From an uncultured Clostridia bacterium (GTDB lineage Bacteria; Bacillota; Clostridia; TANB77; CAG-508): a DNA stretch of 64,000 nt. A model generated the notes under the pieces. It ran no database searches. It had not been told where the DNA came from and saw nothing but the letters and a program-made list of their open reading frames with translations. Shown here one piece after another: positions 39,137 through 48,700 of this stretch. The first letter of the stretch is position 1; each line of letters starts with the position of its first letter. A program made the translations under genes and the position numbers. The stretch covers positions 12,844-76,843 of the forward strand of contig CALYAG010000007.1 in the NCBI GenBank assembly GCA_944393465.1. The letters run 5' to 3'.

Positions 39137-39718
39137 TTATTGTATTTTTTTAACTTCTTTTAAAGCTACTTCTACTGCTTGCATATTTCCTGGTATAACT
39201 TCAGGCTTTTTAGCAAATTTATGTTTAAAAGATCCTTCCATATCTTTTATGAAGTCTTCATCTGACATAATTCCTGTAACTTTAACTATTGCTGCAAGCA
39301 TTGGTGTATTTGGGAAATATCTTCCTAACGCATCTACTGAGATTTTCCTTGCATCAATTGTGTAAACACTACCTTTATATCCTTTTAATAGTGGCTTTAT
39401 CTCATCAATTGTTTTTGTTGTGTTAATTAATATTGCTCCATCTTCTTTAAGTCCAGATGTAACATCAACTGCTGAAAGAAGTGTATCATCAACTACTACA
39501 ACATAATCAGGTTCATAAACATTACTATGTACTCTGATAGGTGTTGTACTTATTCTGTTGTATGCAGTCATTGGTGCTCCCATTCTTTCTGGTCCATATT
39601 CAGGAAAACCTTGAATATATTTACCAGTATTGAAGGCTGCATCTGCTAAAAGTAATGAAGCTGTTTTTGCTCCTTGGCCACCTCTACCGTGCCATCTAAT
39701 TTCAATTAAATCCTTCAT
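39137..39718 (-). CDS. porC: 2-oxoacid:ferredoxin oxidoreductase, gamma subunit
   Basis: 193 aa. IRWHGRGGQGAKTASLLLA is the gamma-subunit signature. Confidence 0.8.
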   Translation of the reverse strand: MKDLIEIRWHGRGGQGAKTASLLLADAAFNTGKYIQGFPEYGPERMGAPMTAYNRISTTPIRVHSNVYEPDYVVVVDDTLLSAVDVTSGLKEDGAILINTTKTIDEIKPLLKGYKGSVYTIDARKISVDALGRYFPNTPMLAAIVKVTGIMSDEDFIKDMEGSFKHKFAKKPEVIPGNMQAVEVALKEVKKIQ

Positions 39719-39836
39719 TAATTGCCTCCTTTAAATTCTTCTAATATTGCTTTATCTTTTGTTCACAAATAGTATATATTTAAAATTATTTGTTGTCAAT
39801 CAAACTGACCGAAGAATTAGTTTTTTATAAATAAAA

Positions 39837-39977
39837 TTTTTCAGTTGGGGACGGTCCTAAATCGAAAATTTTCGTTTGGGGACGGTCCTAAAATGAAAAA
39901 AATCAGAATGGGAATTTTTAAATTGAAAAATAAAATAGAAATTTTCGATTTAGGACCGTCCCCAACTGAAAAAAAAA
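39837..39977. repeat. REP/MITE-like element, copy 5: compound form with two to three direct left arms and one right arm
   Basis: CAGTTGGGGACGGTCCTAAATCGAAAATTTTCG, then TTTGGGGACGGTCCTAAAATGAAAAAAAT, then the degenerate CAGAATGGGAATTTTTAAATTGAAAAAT, then AAATTTTCGATTTAGGACCGTCCCCAACTG. Confidence 0.9.
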
Positions 39978-39998
39978 GAAGGTCCCGAAGGACCTCCC
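39971..39998 (-). terminator. GC-rich UUCG-tetraloop intrinsic terminator, fused to the T-run of the repeat
   Basis: The minus strand reads GGGAGGTCC-TTCG-GGACCTTC followed by TTTTTTTTT. Confidence 0.75.
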
Positions 39999-40136
39999 AA
40001 TGAAAAAGCTTGAAACCTTGAGTAAATTCTATATATCATAGGATTTACTGCAATTATTTTAGCACCCACTTTTGAATTTGTCAAGAGTAGTTCAATAATT
40101 TTTTCTTAATATTTTTACTCACTGTTTATTTATGTA

Positions 40137-40313
40137 TTAGTCATTGTCGATTTCTGGAGCGCCAACTGGGCAAACAGAAGCACAAGTTCCACATTCTATA
40201 CATTTGCTTTTGTCAATTACATATTTATTTTCACCTTGTGATATGCAGTTTACTGGGCAAGATGCTGCACAAGCACCGCATTGTACACAAGCGTCTGAAA
40301 TTTTGTATGCCAT
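40137..40313 (-). CDS. fdx: Clostridial-type 2x[4Fe-4S] ferredoxin
   Basis: MAYKISDACVQCGACAASCPV...CIECGTCASVCPVGAP. Start moved to the ATG after an AAAGGTGGTG RBS, giving 58 aa. Confidence 0.9.
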   Translation of the reverse strand: MAYKISDACVQCGACAASCPVNCISQGENKYVIDKSKCIECGTCASVCPVGAPEIDND

Positions 40314-40455
40314 ATGTTTCACCACCTTTCAAGTCTATTTTTCTTTGATTTTTTCAATTTAATGCTGTAATTTCTACTGTCTTTTTTCTTGTTTTATATT
40401 TTAACTCACATTCTATTTAGTTTTCAAGTATTTTCAAAATATATTTCAAAGCGAT

Positions 40456-41379
40456 TTACACCTCATCATCATTTGATGAGCTTATTTCCATTTTATCCAT
40501 TTTTTCCATTTGTTCTAATTCTTTTAAGTCTTCTTCGCTAACTTCTTGTTCTACTTCTTTCTTGCCGTCTTTTAATACTTTTACATCTGATGCATTATAT
40601 TTTTTATAATAGAAGTTATCTTCGTTATCTTTTAGTTTAACTTTTAATACTTCATTTAATACTTCTATGCCTTCAACTGTGCCTTCGCCTTCATCTGTGC
40701 TTACTATTGCTCCAAGTTTAGGCAATTTTTTTAATTTGTCTTCATACACATTTTGCTCGTATTTTAAGCAACACATTAGCCTGCCACAAGAGCCTGTAAT
40801 TTTTGATGCATTTAGAGATAAATTTTGTTCTTTTGCCATTTTTATTGTTACTACATCTAATTTTTTAAGGAATGAGCAACAGCAAAGTTCTCTACCACAA
40901 GGGCCGTTTCCTCCCATCCTTTTTATCTCATCTCTAACACCTATTTGTCTAAGTTCTATTCTTGTTCTAAATATACTTGCTAAATCTTTTACTAAGTCTC
41001 TAAAGTCTATTCTTCCGTCTGCTGTAAAATAAAATAATAGCTTTGCATTGTCAAATAAGTATCTTGCTTCAACTAAATTCATTTTTAATTTATGTTCTTT
41101 TATTTTCTTTTGGCAAATATCAAATGCCTTTTTTTCATTTTTTAAATTTTCTTGTTGATGTTTTCTGTCATCTTTATTAGCTATTCTAAGAATTTTCTTT
41201 AATTCTTTTTTTACCTTATCATCTGGTAAGTTTCTAGAATTTACTGTTACAGTTCCATATTCTTGTCCTAGTGCGGTTTCTACTATAACTTCGTCACCAT
41301 TTCTTACATCTAAGTTTCCCGGATCAAAGAAATATATTTTTCCTGGTTTTCTAAATCTAACCCCTACTACTTTTACCAT
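40456..41379 (-). CDS. yaaT: PSP1-domain protein (stage 0 sporulation protein YaaT / RicT-like)
   Basis: VVGVRFRKPGKIYFFDPG...GDEVIVETALGQEYGTV plus a Cys-rich CGRELCCCSF...CGRLMCCLKYE region. Lies directly downstream of holB, as in Bacillus. Confidence 0.85.
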   Translation of the reverse strand: MVKVVGVRFRKPGKIYFFDPGNLDVRNGDEVIVETALGQEYGTVTVNSRNLPDDKVKKELKKILRIANKDDRKHQQENLKNEKKAFDICQKKIKEHKLKMNLVEARYLFDNAKLLFYFTADGRIDFRDLVKDLASIFRTRIELRQIGVRDEIKRMGGNGPCGRELCCCSFLKKLDVVTIKMAKEQNLSLNASKITGSCGRLMCCLKYEQNVYEDKLKKLPKLGAIVSTDEGEGTVEGIEVLNEVLKVKLKDNEDNFYYKKYNASDVKVLKDGKKEVEQEVSEEDLKELEQMEKMDKMEISSSNDDEV

Positions 41380-41481
41380 TGTAATTAAGCCTCCTTTCTT
41401 GCTTTTTATTATTGTTTAATTAAATAAATATTAATTCAATATTTGTTTAAAACATTTCTGCAAACGTAGCATAAAAATTTG

Positions 41482-42465
41482 TTATTTATGCAATTCTTCC
41501 CATATGTGCATTAACATATAGTCTATGCACATATCATAATTATTATTTGCCATAATCTTCTTTTTTGTTTTTTCTATTATATCTATTGCCTTTGAATATT
41601 TAATATTTTCTTTTGCTTTTTCAAAAAATATTATATTTAAAAAGTCTAGCAATGTCATTATATCATCTTTTGATGAATATAACAAATCTGAATTGTTTAA
41701 TACATCTATTAAGCTGTTTTTGCATAAATAATCTGCAATAATTTTTAATCCAGCAAATGTTTCTTTTTTTTCAGAAATAGCATCTGCTTTTGCAACACTA
41801 CCTTCGCATAATCTTATTATATCCTGGTCATTTGTATGAAGTATTTGAGATATTTCTTCATCTGTTAAATCTTCAAATCTTATTATAACACATCTTGATT
41901 TTATTGTTTGAAGCATTCGATTTTCATTTGATGCTATTAAGATTATCATTGCATATTCTGGTGGTTCTTCTAATGTTTTTAATAAACAGTTTTGGCTTTC
42001 TTCTGTCATTGTGTCTGCATCATCTATAATGTATACTTTTTTGCTTGAGCTTATTGGCTTTTCTACTATTCTTGCTTGCAAGTTACGTATTTGCTCTATT
42101 TTTATACTTTTTCCATCTGGCATTATAATGCTAAAGTCGGGATTGCTATTTGCATCAAATTTAATGCAAGAATCGCAGTTGTCAAATTTAAGACTTGCCT
42201 TCTCATTCTTTACACTATTATTTGCAATACTATTACCTTGGGCAACATTATCATGGGTGCCATTGTTTTGAGTACCATTATCTTGAACAAGATTATTACT
42301 TCCAAGGCACATTACCTTTTTGGCTAAGTCTTTTGCAAAAAGCTTTTTGCCTACTCCTGCTTTTCCAACAAACAAATAACTATGCGATACATTATTAGAT
42401 TTTACTGCATTTTGCAAAGATTCTTTTATTTTATCATTTCCAACTATGTTTTCAAATAATTGCAT
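41482..42465 (-). CDS. holB: DNA polymerase III delta-prime subunit, with an Asn-rich insertion
   Basis: HSYLFVGKAGVGKKLFA (P-loop-like), IIDDADTMTEESQNCLLKTLEEPP and SRC motif (TIKSRC). Confidence 0.85.
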   Translation of the reverse strand: MQLFENIVGNDKIKESLQNAVKSNNVSHSYLFVGKAGVGKKLFAKDLAKKVMCLGSNNLVQDNGTQNNGTHDNVAQGNSIANNSVKNEKASLKFDNCDSCIKFDANSNPDFSIIMPDGKSIKIEQIRNLQARIVEKPISSSKKVYIIDDADTMTEESQNCLLKTLEEPPEYAMIILIASNENRMLQTIKSRCVIIRFEDLTDEEISQILHTNDQDIIRLCEGSVAKADAISEKKETFAGLKIIADYLCKNSLIDVLNNSDLLYSSKDDIMTLLDFLNIIFFEKAKENIKYSKAIDIIEKTKKKIMANNNYDMCIDYMLMHIWEELHK

Positions 42466-42480
42466 TTACTTCCTCACTTT

Positions 42481-43116
42481 TCAATCCACTTTGCCAAACT
42501 TATTAAGTGGCCAAAACCTAATCACAACCTTGCTCTCAACTCTTTCAAGAGGTATACATCCAAAGGCTCTACAATCTTTTGATCCTTCTCTATTATCTCC
42601 CATTGCAAATATTGTGTTTTCTGGAACTACAAAATCTCTTAAAACTCCTGTTGGCTCGGTTATAACATCATCTTTAAGATATGGCTCGTCTAATTCTTCT
42701 CCATTTATATATACTTTTCCATCTTTAAGCTCTACATGCTCTCCTGGCAAAGCTATGACTCTTTTTATATAACTTTCTTTGCCTATTTCCAATACATGAT
42801 ATGTAAATTTGCCCCACCATGAGGTTGGTTCGTTATCATATTTTGCAACTGGATTATCTATATCGCTAGCATTTAAACCTGTAGCATTATTACTTGGTGC
42901 TTCAAATGTAATTATATCCCCTCTTTCAGGCATTTTTCCAAATGTTCTAGGCAATCTATTTAATATAAGTCTATCATTTTGCTCTAGTGTTGGCCACATT
43001 GAGGTTTGTTTTACAATAGTTGGAGTGCCTATAAAGTATTTAATTAGTATTGCTATAACTACTGCAATAAGAATACAATATATCCATTCCAATATGTTTT
43101 TTATTCTATCATTCAT
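42481..43116 (-). CDS. lepB: Signal peptidase I
   Basis: N-terminal TM helix, SMWPTL (catalytic Ser box), YIKRVIALPGE (Lys box) and GDNREGSKDCRAFG. Confidence 0.88.
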   Translation of the reverse strand: MNDRIKNILEWIYCILIAVVIAILIKYFIGTPTIVKQTSMWPTLEQNDRLILNRLPRTFGKMPERGDIITFEAPSNNATGLNASDIDNPVAKYDNEPTSWWGKFTYHVLEIGKESYIKRVIALPGEHVELKDGKVYINGEELDEPYLKDDVITEPTGVLRDFVVPENTIFAMGDNREGSKDCRAFGCIPLERVESKVVIRFWPLNKFGKVD

Positions 43117-43192
43117 TACAAAAATTTGCCTCCAAACTACTTTTTGTTATTTTGTTTGCCAAATTTTCATTAGCTAAAATTTCATAAATATT

Positions 43193-44575
43193 TTATTTCT
43201 TTTTTACAGGTATTTGTATTACTACTTCTGTTCCCTCATTTACCTTACTTTTAATATTTATACTTCCATTATTTTTTTCAATAATTTCCTTAGCTATAGA
43301 AAGTCCAAGACCAGTTCCTCCAAGTTGTCTAGAACGTGCTTTGTCCACTCTATAGAATCTTTCAAATATTCTGTCTAAGTCATTTTTTGGTATCCCAATA
43401 CCTGTGTCTTTTATTTTAACATATGCATCATTATGCACATATCCTACATAAATGTCTATTTTTCCACCTTCTGGCGTATATTTAATACTATTACTTAAAA
43501 TATTTAATATTACTCTTTCTATGCCATCTCTGTCTGCATAAACATTAGGTACATCTGCTGTAACAAAACAATTTACATCTTGATTTTTACGTTTTATTTC
43601 TATATCAAACTTTTCTTTGCAAAGCTTAGCTAATTCTCCTAAGTCGAATTCAGTTGGCTTATTAGTTGCTCTGTTGTTGTCATATTTTGAAAGAGTAAGC
43701 AAATCTTGTACTAATCTTTCCATTCTGTCTGCATTATCATCTATAACATGCAAAAAGTGCTTCTCAGTTTCTTTGTCACAATCGCCATCTAGAAGTGTTT
43801 CAGAATAACCCTTAATTGAAGTTATAGGTGTTTTTAGCTCATGTGACACATCCGCCACAAATTCTTTTCGCATATTGTCTAATTTTACATGCTCTGTTAT
43901 ATCTTGTATAACAACCATTACGCCTGCCGGCATATCTAAATCATCTCTAAATGGTATAAAAAACAAGCTCATTGTACCTTGATCATTTTCTATTTTCTTT
44001 TCTGATGATGTCCAACTGTCTAGGTAAATTATTTTTTCCATATTTATGTCTGAAAATTTACCAAATATATCTTTAAATGTTGTATCATTATTTTTTACTC
44101 CAAGCAATTGCTTAGCTGCAGGGTTTATGTATGTAACTTTTCCTTCCATATTAAAGGTTATAACGCCATCTGTCATATGTTTTAAAATAGTTTCTTTTTG
44201 CTTTTTTTCACTATTTGCATCTTTTAAGTTTTGCTTTAACTCATTTACCATTTCATTAAAAGACTCTGTTAAATCATCACTTGATGAGCTAGTATCCATG
44301 TTATTTATGTCTGCACTAAATATAACTTTTTTTGCGCCTTTAAGCATTTTTGACATTGGCTCAATATATTTTTTTACTTCTACAATTGCTAAAATTATTG
44401 TAAAAATTGAAAATAGTATTAGTGAAGCGATTGATACTGTTTTTATTTGTGATATATATTCACCACTTGCACCCGCATTAATCAATATACGTGAAAAATA
44501 TATTGTAAAAAAACATATTATTGCAATTGAAACAACATATAGTAGAAGTATTATTTTCATTTGAAAATTTTTCAC
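43193..44575 (-). CDS. Sensor histidine kinase (two TM helices, HAMP, PAS, HisKA, HATPase_c); WalK/PhoR-like
   Basis: H-box SHELKTPITSIKGY, N-box and G-boxes (DTGIGIP, GGTGLGLSIAKEI). GTG start 7 nt after TGGAGG. Confidence 0.85.
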   Translation of the reverse strand: MKNFQMKIILLLYVVSIAIICFFTIYFSRILINAGASGEYISQIKTVSIASLILFSIFTIILAIVEVKKYIEPMSKMLKGAKKVIFSADINNMDTSSSSDDLTESFNEMVNELKQNLKDANSEKKQKETILKHMTDGVITFNMEGKVTYINPAAKQLLGVKNNDTTFKDIFGKFSDINMEKIIYLDSWTSSEKKIENDQGTMSLFFIPFRDDLDMPAGVMVVIQDITEHVKLDNMRKEFVADVSHELKTPITSIKGYSETLLDGDCDKETEKHFLHVIDDNADRMERLVQDLLTLSKYDNNRATNKPTEFDLGELAKLCKEKFDIEIKRKNQDVNCFVTADVPNVYADRDGIERVILNILSNSIKYTPEGGKIDIYVGYVHNDAYVKIKDTGIGIPKNDLDRIFERFYRVDKARSRQLGGTGLGLSIAKEIIEKNNGSINIKSKVNEGTEVVIQIPVKKK

Positions 44576-44666
44576 AAATTATGCCTCCAATTATAATCGA
44601 TTGTTTTCTGAGAACATTTTAACTTATATTTTTTCTTAGAGCATACATTTTTTTATTCGCCACATC

Positions 44667-45413
44667 CTATTTTGACTCTATGTAATATCCTACTCCTCTT
44701 TTTGTTATAAGAATTTTTGGATTTGCTGTATTTTTTTCTATTTTTTCTCTTATTCTTCTAATTGTTACATCTACTGTTCTTATATCTCCATAATATTCAT
44801 ATCCCCATACTTTTTCTAGCAAGTCTTCTCTTGTAACAACTTGTCCTGGTTTTTGTGCTAAATATCTTAATACTTCAAATTCACGTCTTGTAAGGTCAGT
44901 AACTTTTTGCCCTCTAACTTCTACCTCGAACTTATCTAAGTCTAATTTTAAATCTCCAACTACTACTTTGTTGCTTCTAATACCTGCTTGAGATAAATCA
45001 TCACTTTGGTCCATTTTGCGCAAATTTGCCTTAACTCTAGCGATTAATTCTCTAATGCTAAAAGGCTTTGTCATATAATCATCTGCGCCAATTTCTAGTC
45101 CTAAGATTTTATCTATTTCTTCTCCCTTGGCAGATAACATTATTATTGGAACTTTGCTCATTGTTTGTCTAATTTTTTTACACACAGTAAGTCCATCTGC
45201 TTTTGGAAGCATAACATCTAATAAAATTAAATCAGGATTTTGTGAAAGTGCAAGAGAAATCCCTTCTTCTCCATCGCTTGCAGTAATTGTTTTATATCCT
45301 TCTTTTTCTAAATTAAATACTAATAAATCTTGAATTGATGGCTCATCATCTACTATTAATATTTTCTTTTTTGAATCATCATATGTATTTGTGTTTGTTA
45401 CGGTATTTTGCAC
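44667..45413 (-). CDS. OmpR/PhoB-family response regulator, WalR(YycF)-like
   Basis: Receiver domain KILIVDDEPSI...LILLDVMLPKADG...LSAKGEEIDKILGLEIGADDYMTKPF, plus a winged-helix C-terminus (TRREFEVLRYL...RGVGY). Confidence 0.88.
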   Translation of the reverse strand: MQNTVTNTNTYDDSKKKILIVDDEPSIQDLLVFNLEKEGYKTITASDGEEGISLALSQNPDLILLDVMLPKADGLTVCKKIRQTMSKVPIIMLSAKGEEIDKILGLEIGADDYMTKPFSIRELIARVKANLRKMDQSDDLSQAGIRSNKVVVGDLKLDLDKFEVEVRGQKVTDLTRREFEVLRYLAQKPGQVVTREDLLEKVWGYEYYGDIRTVDVTIRRIREKIEKNTANPKILITKRGVGYYIESK

Positions 45414-45571
45414 AAAAGTCCCACCTTTCTATATTTTTAGCAAATTTTATTGCTATGTTTTAAGCATATTTTAATTGTTTGCCTTAGGTATATTTTAATA
45501 CATACACTAAGCCAATTTTCTCATAGCTATATTTATATCACAATTATGGGAATTTATCAATCAAAAATTGA

Positions 45572-45691
45572 AAGTTTTTTAATTTGACACTGGCTGGCTT
45601 AACAAGTATAGCTCAAATCGTCATTATCGTTTTGGGTACATGCGTAGCCATTGCCTTAAGTACCATGGTTGACGTAGCACTCAAAAATTAA
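45572..45691 (+). other. GC-enriched open frame with no ATG start, encoding a hydrophobic tail (…LAGLTSIAQIVIIVLGTCVAIALSTMVDVALKN*); a gene remnant or small RNA/peptide unit
   Basis: The frame opens after a TGA at 45569 and ends at the TAA at 45689-45691. TTG (45584) is the only plausible start and has no RBS. TTGACA-17-TATAGC lies at 45584-45612, and a strong terminator follows immediately. Confidence 0.35.
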
Positions 45692-45696
45692 CCGCA

Positions 45697-45730
45697 AAGC
45701 TGACACAGGGCTTCCTGTGTCAGCTTTTTT
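45697..45730 (+). terminator. Strong intrinsic terminator (plus-strand polarity), also adjacent to the stop of the giant minus-strand gene
   Basis: AAAGCTGACACAGG-gctt-CCTGTGTCAGCTTT followed by TTTT on the plus strand. Confidence 0.8.
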
Positions 45731-48700
45731 AAAATTCCACCTTCACCTCAAACTCGCCTTCGTCTTTGAGATGTATTTCATCAACTTTTTCTCCATTTAA
45801 ATACATTTGAACATTTTCATTACTTAAGTCTAAGGCTTGTTTGTTTTCTTTAGCTTTATCATTTTTTTCTTCTTTTGTATTGCTGATAGAATTTTCATTC
45901 TTTCTTTCATACTTTATATTGTACTTCGCATTTTTCCACCTAAAAGTTACTTCAAATTCGTTCCAATCTTTTGGCAGGCATGGTTTTATTTTTAATTCTC
46001 CGTGATGAATTTTTAGTCCTAGTATATATTCTGTTTGAAGTGTGAACATCCAACCACTTGAGCCTGTATACCAAGTCCAGCCACCTCTGCCTGCAAATTC
46101 ATTTTCGCCATATATATCCGCTTCTACCGCATATGGTTCAACTTTGTATTTCATTGCCTGTTCTTCTGTTTTGCTATGCTCTATTGGGTTTATCATTTTG
46201 TATATTTCCATAGCCTCTTCTGGTTTGTTTAGCATTGTTTCTGCAATTGCTGCCCAAATTGCTGCGTGGGTGTACTGGCCTCCGTTTTCCCTCATGCCCG
46301 GTGCATATGATGCAATATAGCCCGGTTTAAATTCTTCATTTTCAAATGGCGGAGTTAACAATTTTACTATATTATTTTCTTTGTCTATTAAATATTTTTC
46401 TAAGTTTTCCATTGCTATATATTTTTTGTCATTATCTCCTGCATTTGAGAGTACTGCCCAACTTTGTGCAATACTATCTATTTTGCATTCTTTGTTTACT
46501 GCACTTCCAAGCACTTTTCCATCATCTGTTGTTGCTCTTTTATACCATCTGCCATCCCAACCTACTGTATTTAAGTTTTTTCTTAATTTTTCTGCTATTT
46601 CCATTAGTCTTTCATATTCATCAGATTTTTCATCTGTATCTATATTTTTTACATCCACATTTTTCTTTGATGCAAGCATTGCTATGGTTGTTTCTTTGTT
46701 TGCAAATCTTGTAACGTATTTTGAATATTCAGCAAATTTTATTAAAATTCCATATAAGAAAAATCCTAGCCATACGCTTTCGCCCTTACCTTTTATTCCA
46801 ACTTTGTTCATACCATCATTCCAGTCACCACCTTGAATTTTTGGAAAGTACTCAAAATTTATAGACCTATTTATTGCTCTCATACAATGATGATATATGC
46901 TTTCTTTGTCTTCTCCGTTTTTGAAATTAAACATAAAATCATGCTCATTTTCTTTTAGAGTTCTTCCTTCTAAATATTCTGTTTCTTCATCTAGTATTCT
47001 AAAATCTCCAGTAAATTCTATATATTTTATAACTGTATATGGTAGCCAAAGTAGGTCATCACTGTATCTTGCTCTGATTCCTAAATTGTTTAATTTGTGC
47101 CACCAATGAAGTACGTCGCCTTCTTTAAATTGATGTTTTGCGTGAAGTATAATTTGATTTTTTAGTATATTGCTATCTAAATATTTTAAATTCATTGCAT
47201 CTTGCAATTGATCCCTATATCCTATTGCTCCACCTGATTGATAAAATCCCGTTTTTGCAAGCTTTCTTGATGCCATTGTTTGATAAATTGTCCAGCCATT
47301 TTGCATAATGTTAAATGATTTTAATGGCGTTTTTGCTTCTACAATTTTGACTTTATCCATCCAGTATTTTTTTACTTCTTCTAATGCCTTGCTTTCTTTT
47401 TGCAAATATTTACTTGAATTTTCCATGCAAGCAGTTTCGGTTTCTTCTGCGCCTAAAATTAAGGTTATTTCTTTAGTTTCTAATGATTCGATTTCAACAT
47501 TTATTTCTACCATATTATTTTTGCAATTTATTTTCTCACTACTTGTTATATACGCATAGTTTTCTGGATTTATATTGTTTTTTACTAATAATAGATTATA
47601 ATTTTCTTTATACAAATAATTTATAAATCTATCTTTTCTTTCTCCAAGTACAAAGTCTACATCATAAAGTATTTTTATTTTTTTCTTTTTTAAGCTTGTA
47701 TTTTTCAAACTCAATTTGCTAATTTTTAGACTATCATTTACTGGAACAAATATTGTTAGTTCTTCTTCTACATCTTTGTATATATGCTGATATTTTGAAT
47801 ATCCAAACCCATATGTTATGTGATAGTTTCCTGTATCCCCTAAAATATTTGGGCTAATACCAAAAGAATTGTTTATTGTTTTATTTAAAGATTTTTTATC
47901 TTCCAAAGAGATTTGATTTGAGATAGCTGTCTCTTTATTTTTGGAAAAAATATCTTTTTCGTCCACTTCCTGCATAATAATCATTTCTGATGGTTTGTCT
48001 AAATAAGCATCATTTGAAAACTCTGTTATTCTATCCATTTTACAGTTTTTGTACCAAGTGTATCCTCCAAGGCCTTCTGTAACTACTGTTCCAAATTTAT
48101 CATTTGCCATTATATTGCACCACACAGCAGGTGTTTTTTTATTTTTGTTTACTATTATGTGATACTCATTACCATCTTGTGAAAATCCGCCATATCCATT
48201 AAAATATAATAATTTACTTGTATCAAATTCGATATTTTTTTCGGAATCTTCGTGCTTTAACATTAAAGTTTTTGGCTTTTCTAGATTTTTCTCATTTAAA
48301 TTTAGGGAATCTAAATTTTCTTTGCCATTTGAACTTTTATTTTGTAATTTGCCACTTTTTTCATTATTTACTCTTTTCATTTGAATAGACATAGATCCAA
48401 GTTTTGAATCTAAAATTAAGTTTGCTCTTGCTTCTATTACTCTTTTATCTTCACTTGGTATATTTATTAAAGTTTTAAAATTAGTTTGCACTTTGTTTTT
48501 AGATATTACAATTATATCTACAGCTATATTTTTCATATCCAAATATTCTTTTAATTTTGTAACTTCATTTAATAGATATGTGTCATTGTTATCCCTTACT
48601 TTAACTAACAAAATTGGATTATCTCCTGAGATTCCATATTTCCATAGTTTTTCATTAGATAAATCAAGTTCAATATTATATTTTTTACAGTCTGGAAATA

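Noticed and set aside
39837-39977. Possible small CRISPR array, because a ~30-nt GC-cored unit recurs three to four times
   Set aside because: The units are in mixed direct and inverted orientation and have irregular, very short spacers. The same unit is dispersed singly at five other loci. No cas genes are present. The pattern fits a REP/BIME-like mosaic, not CRISPR.
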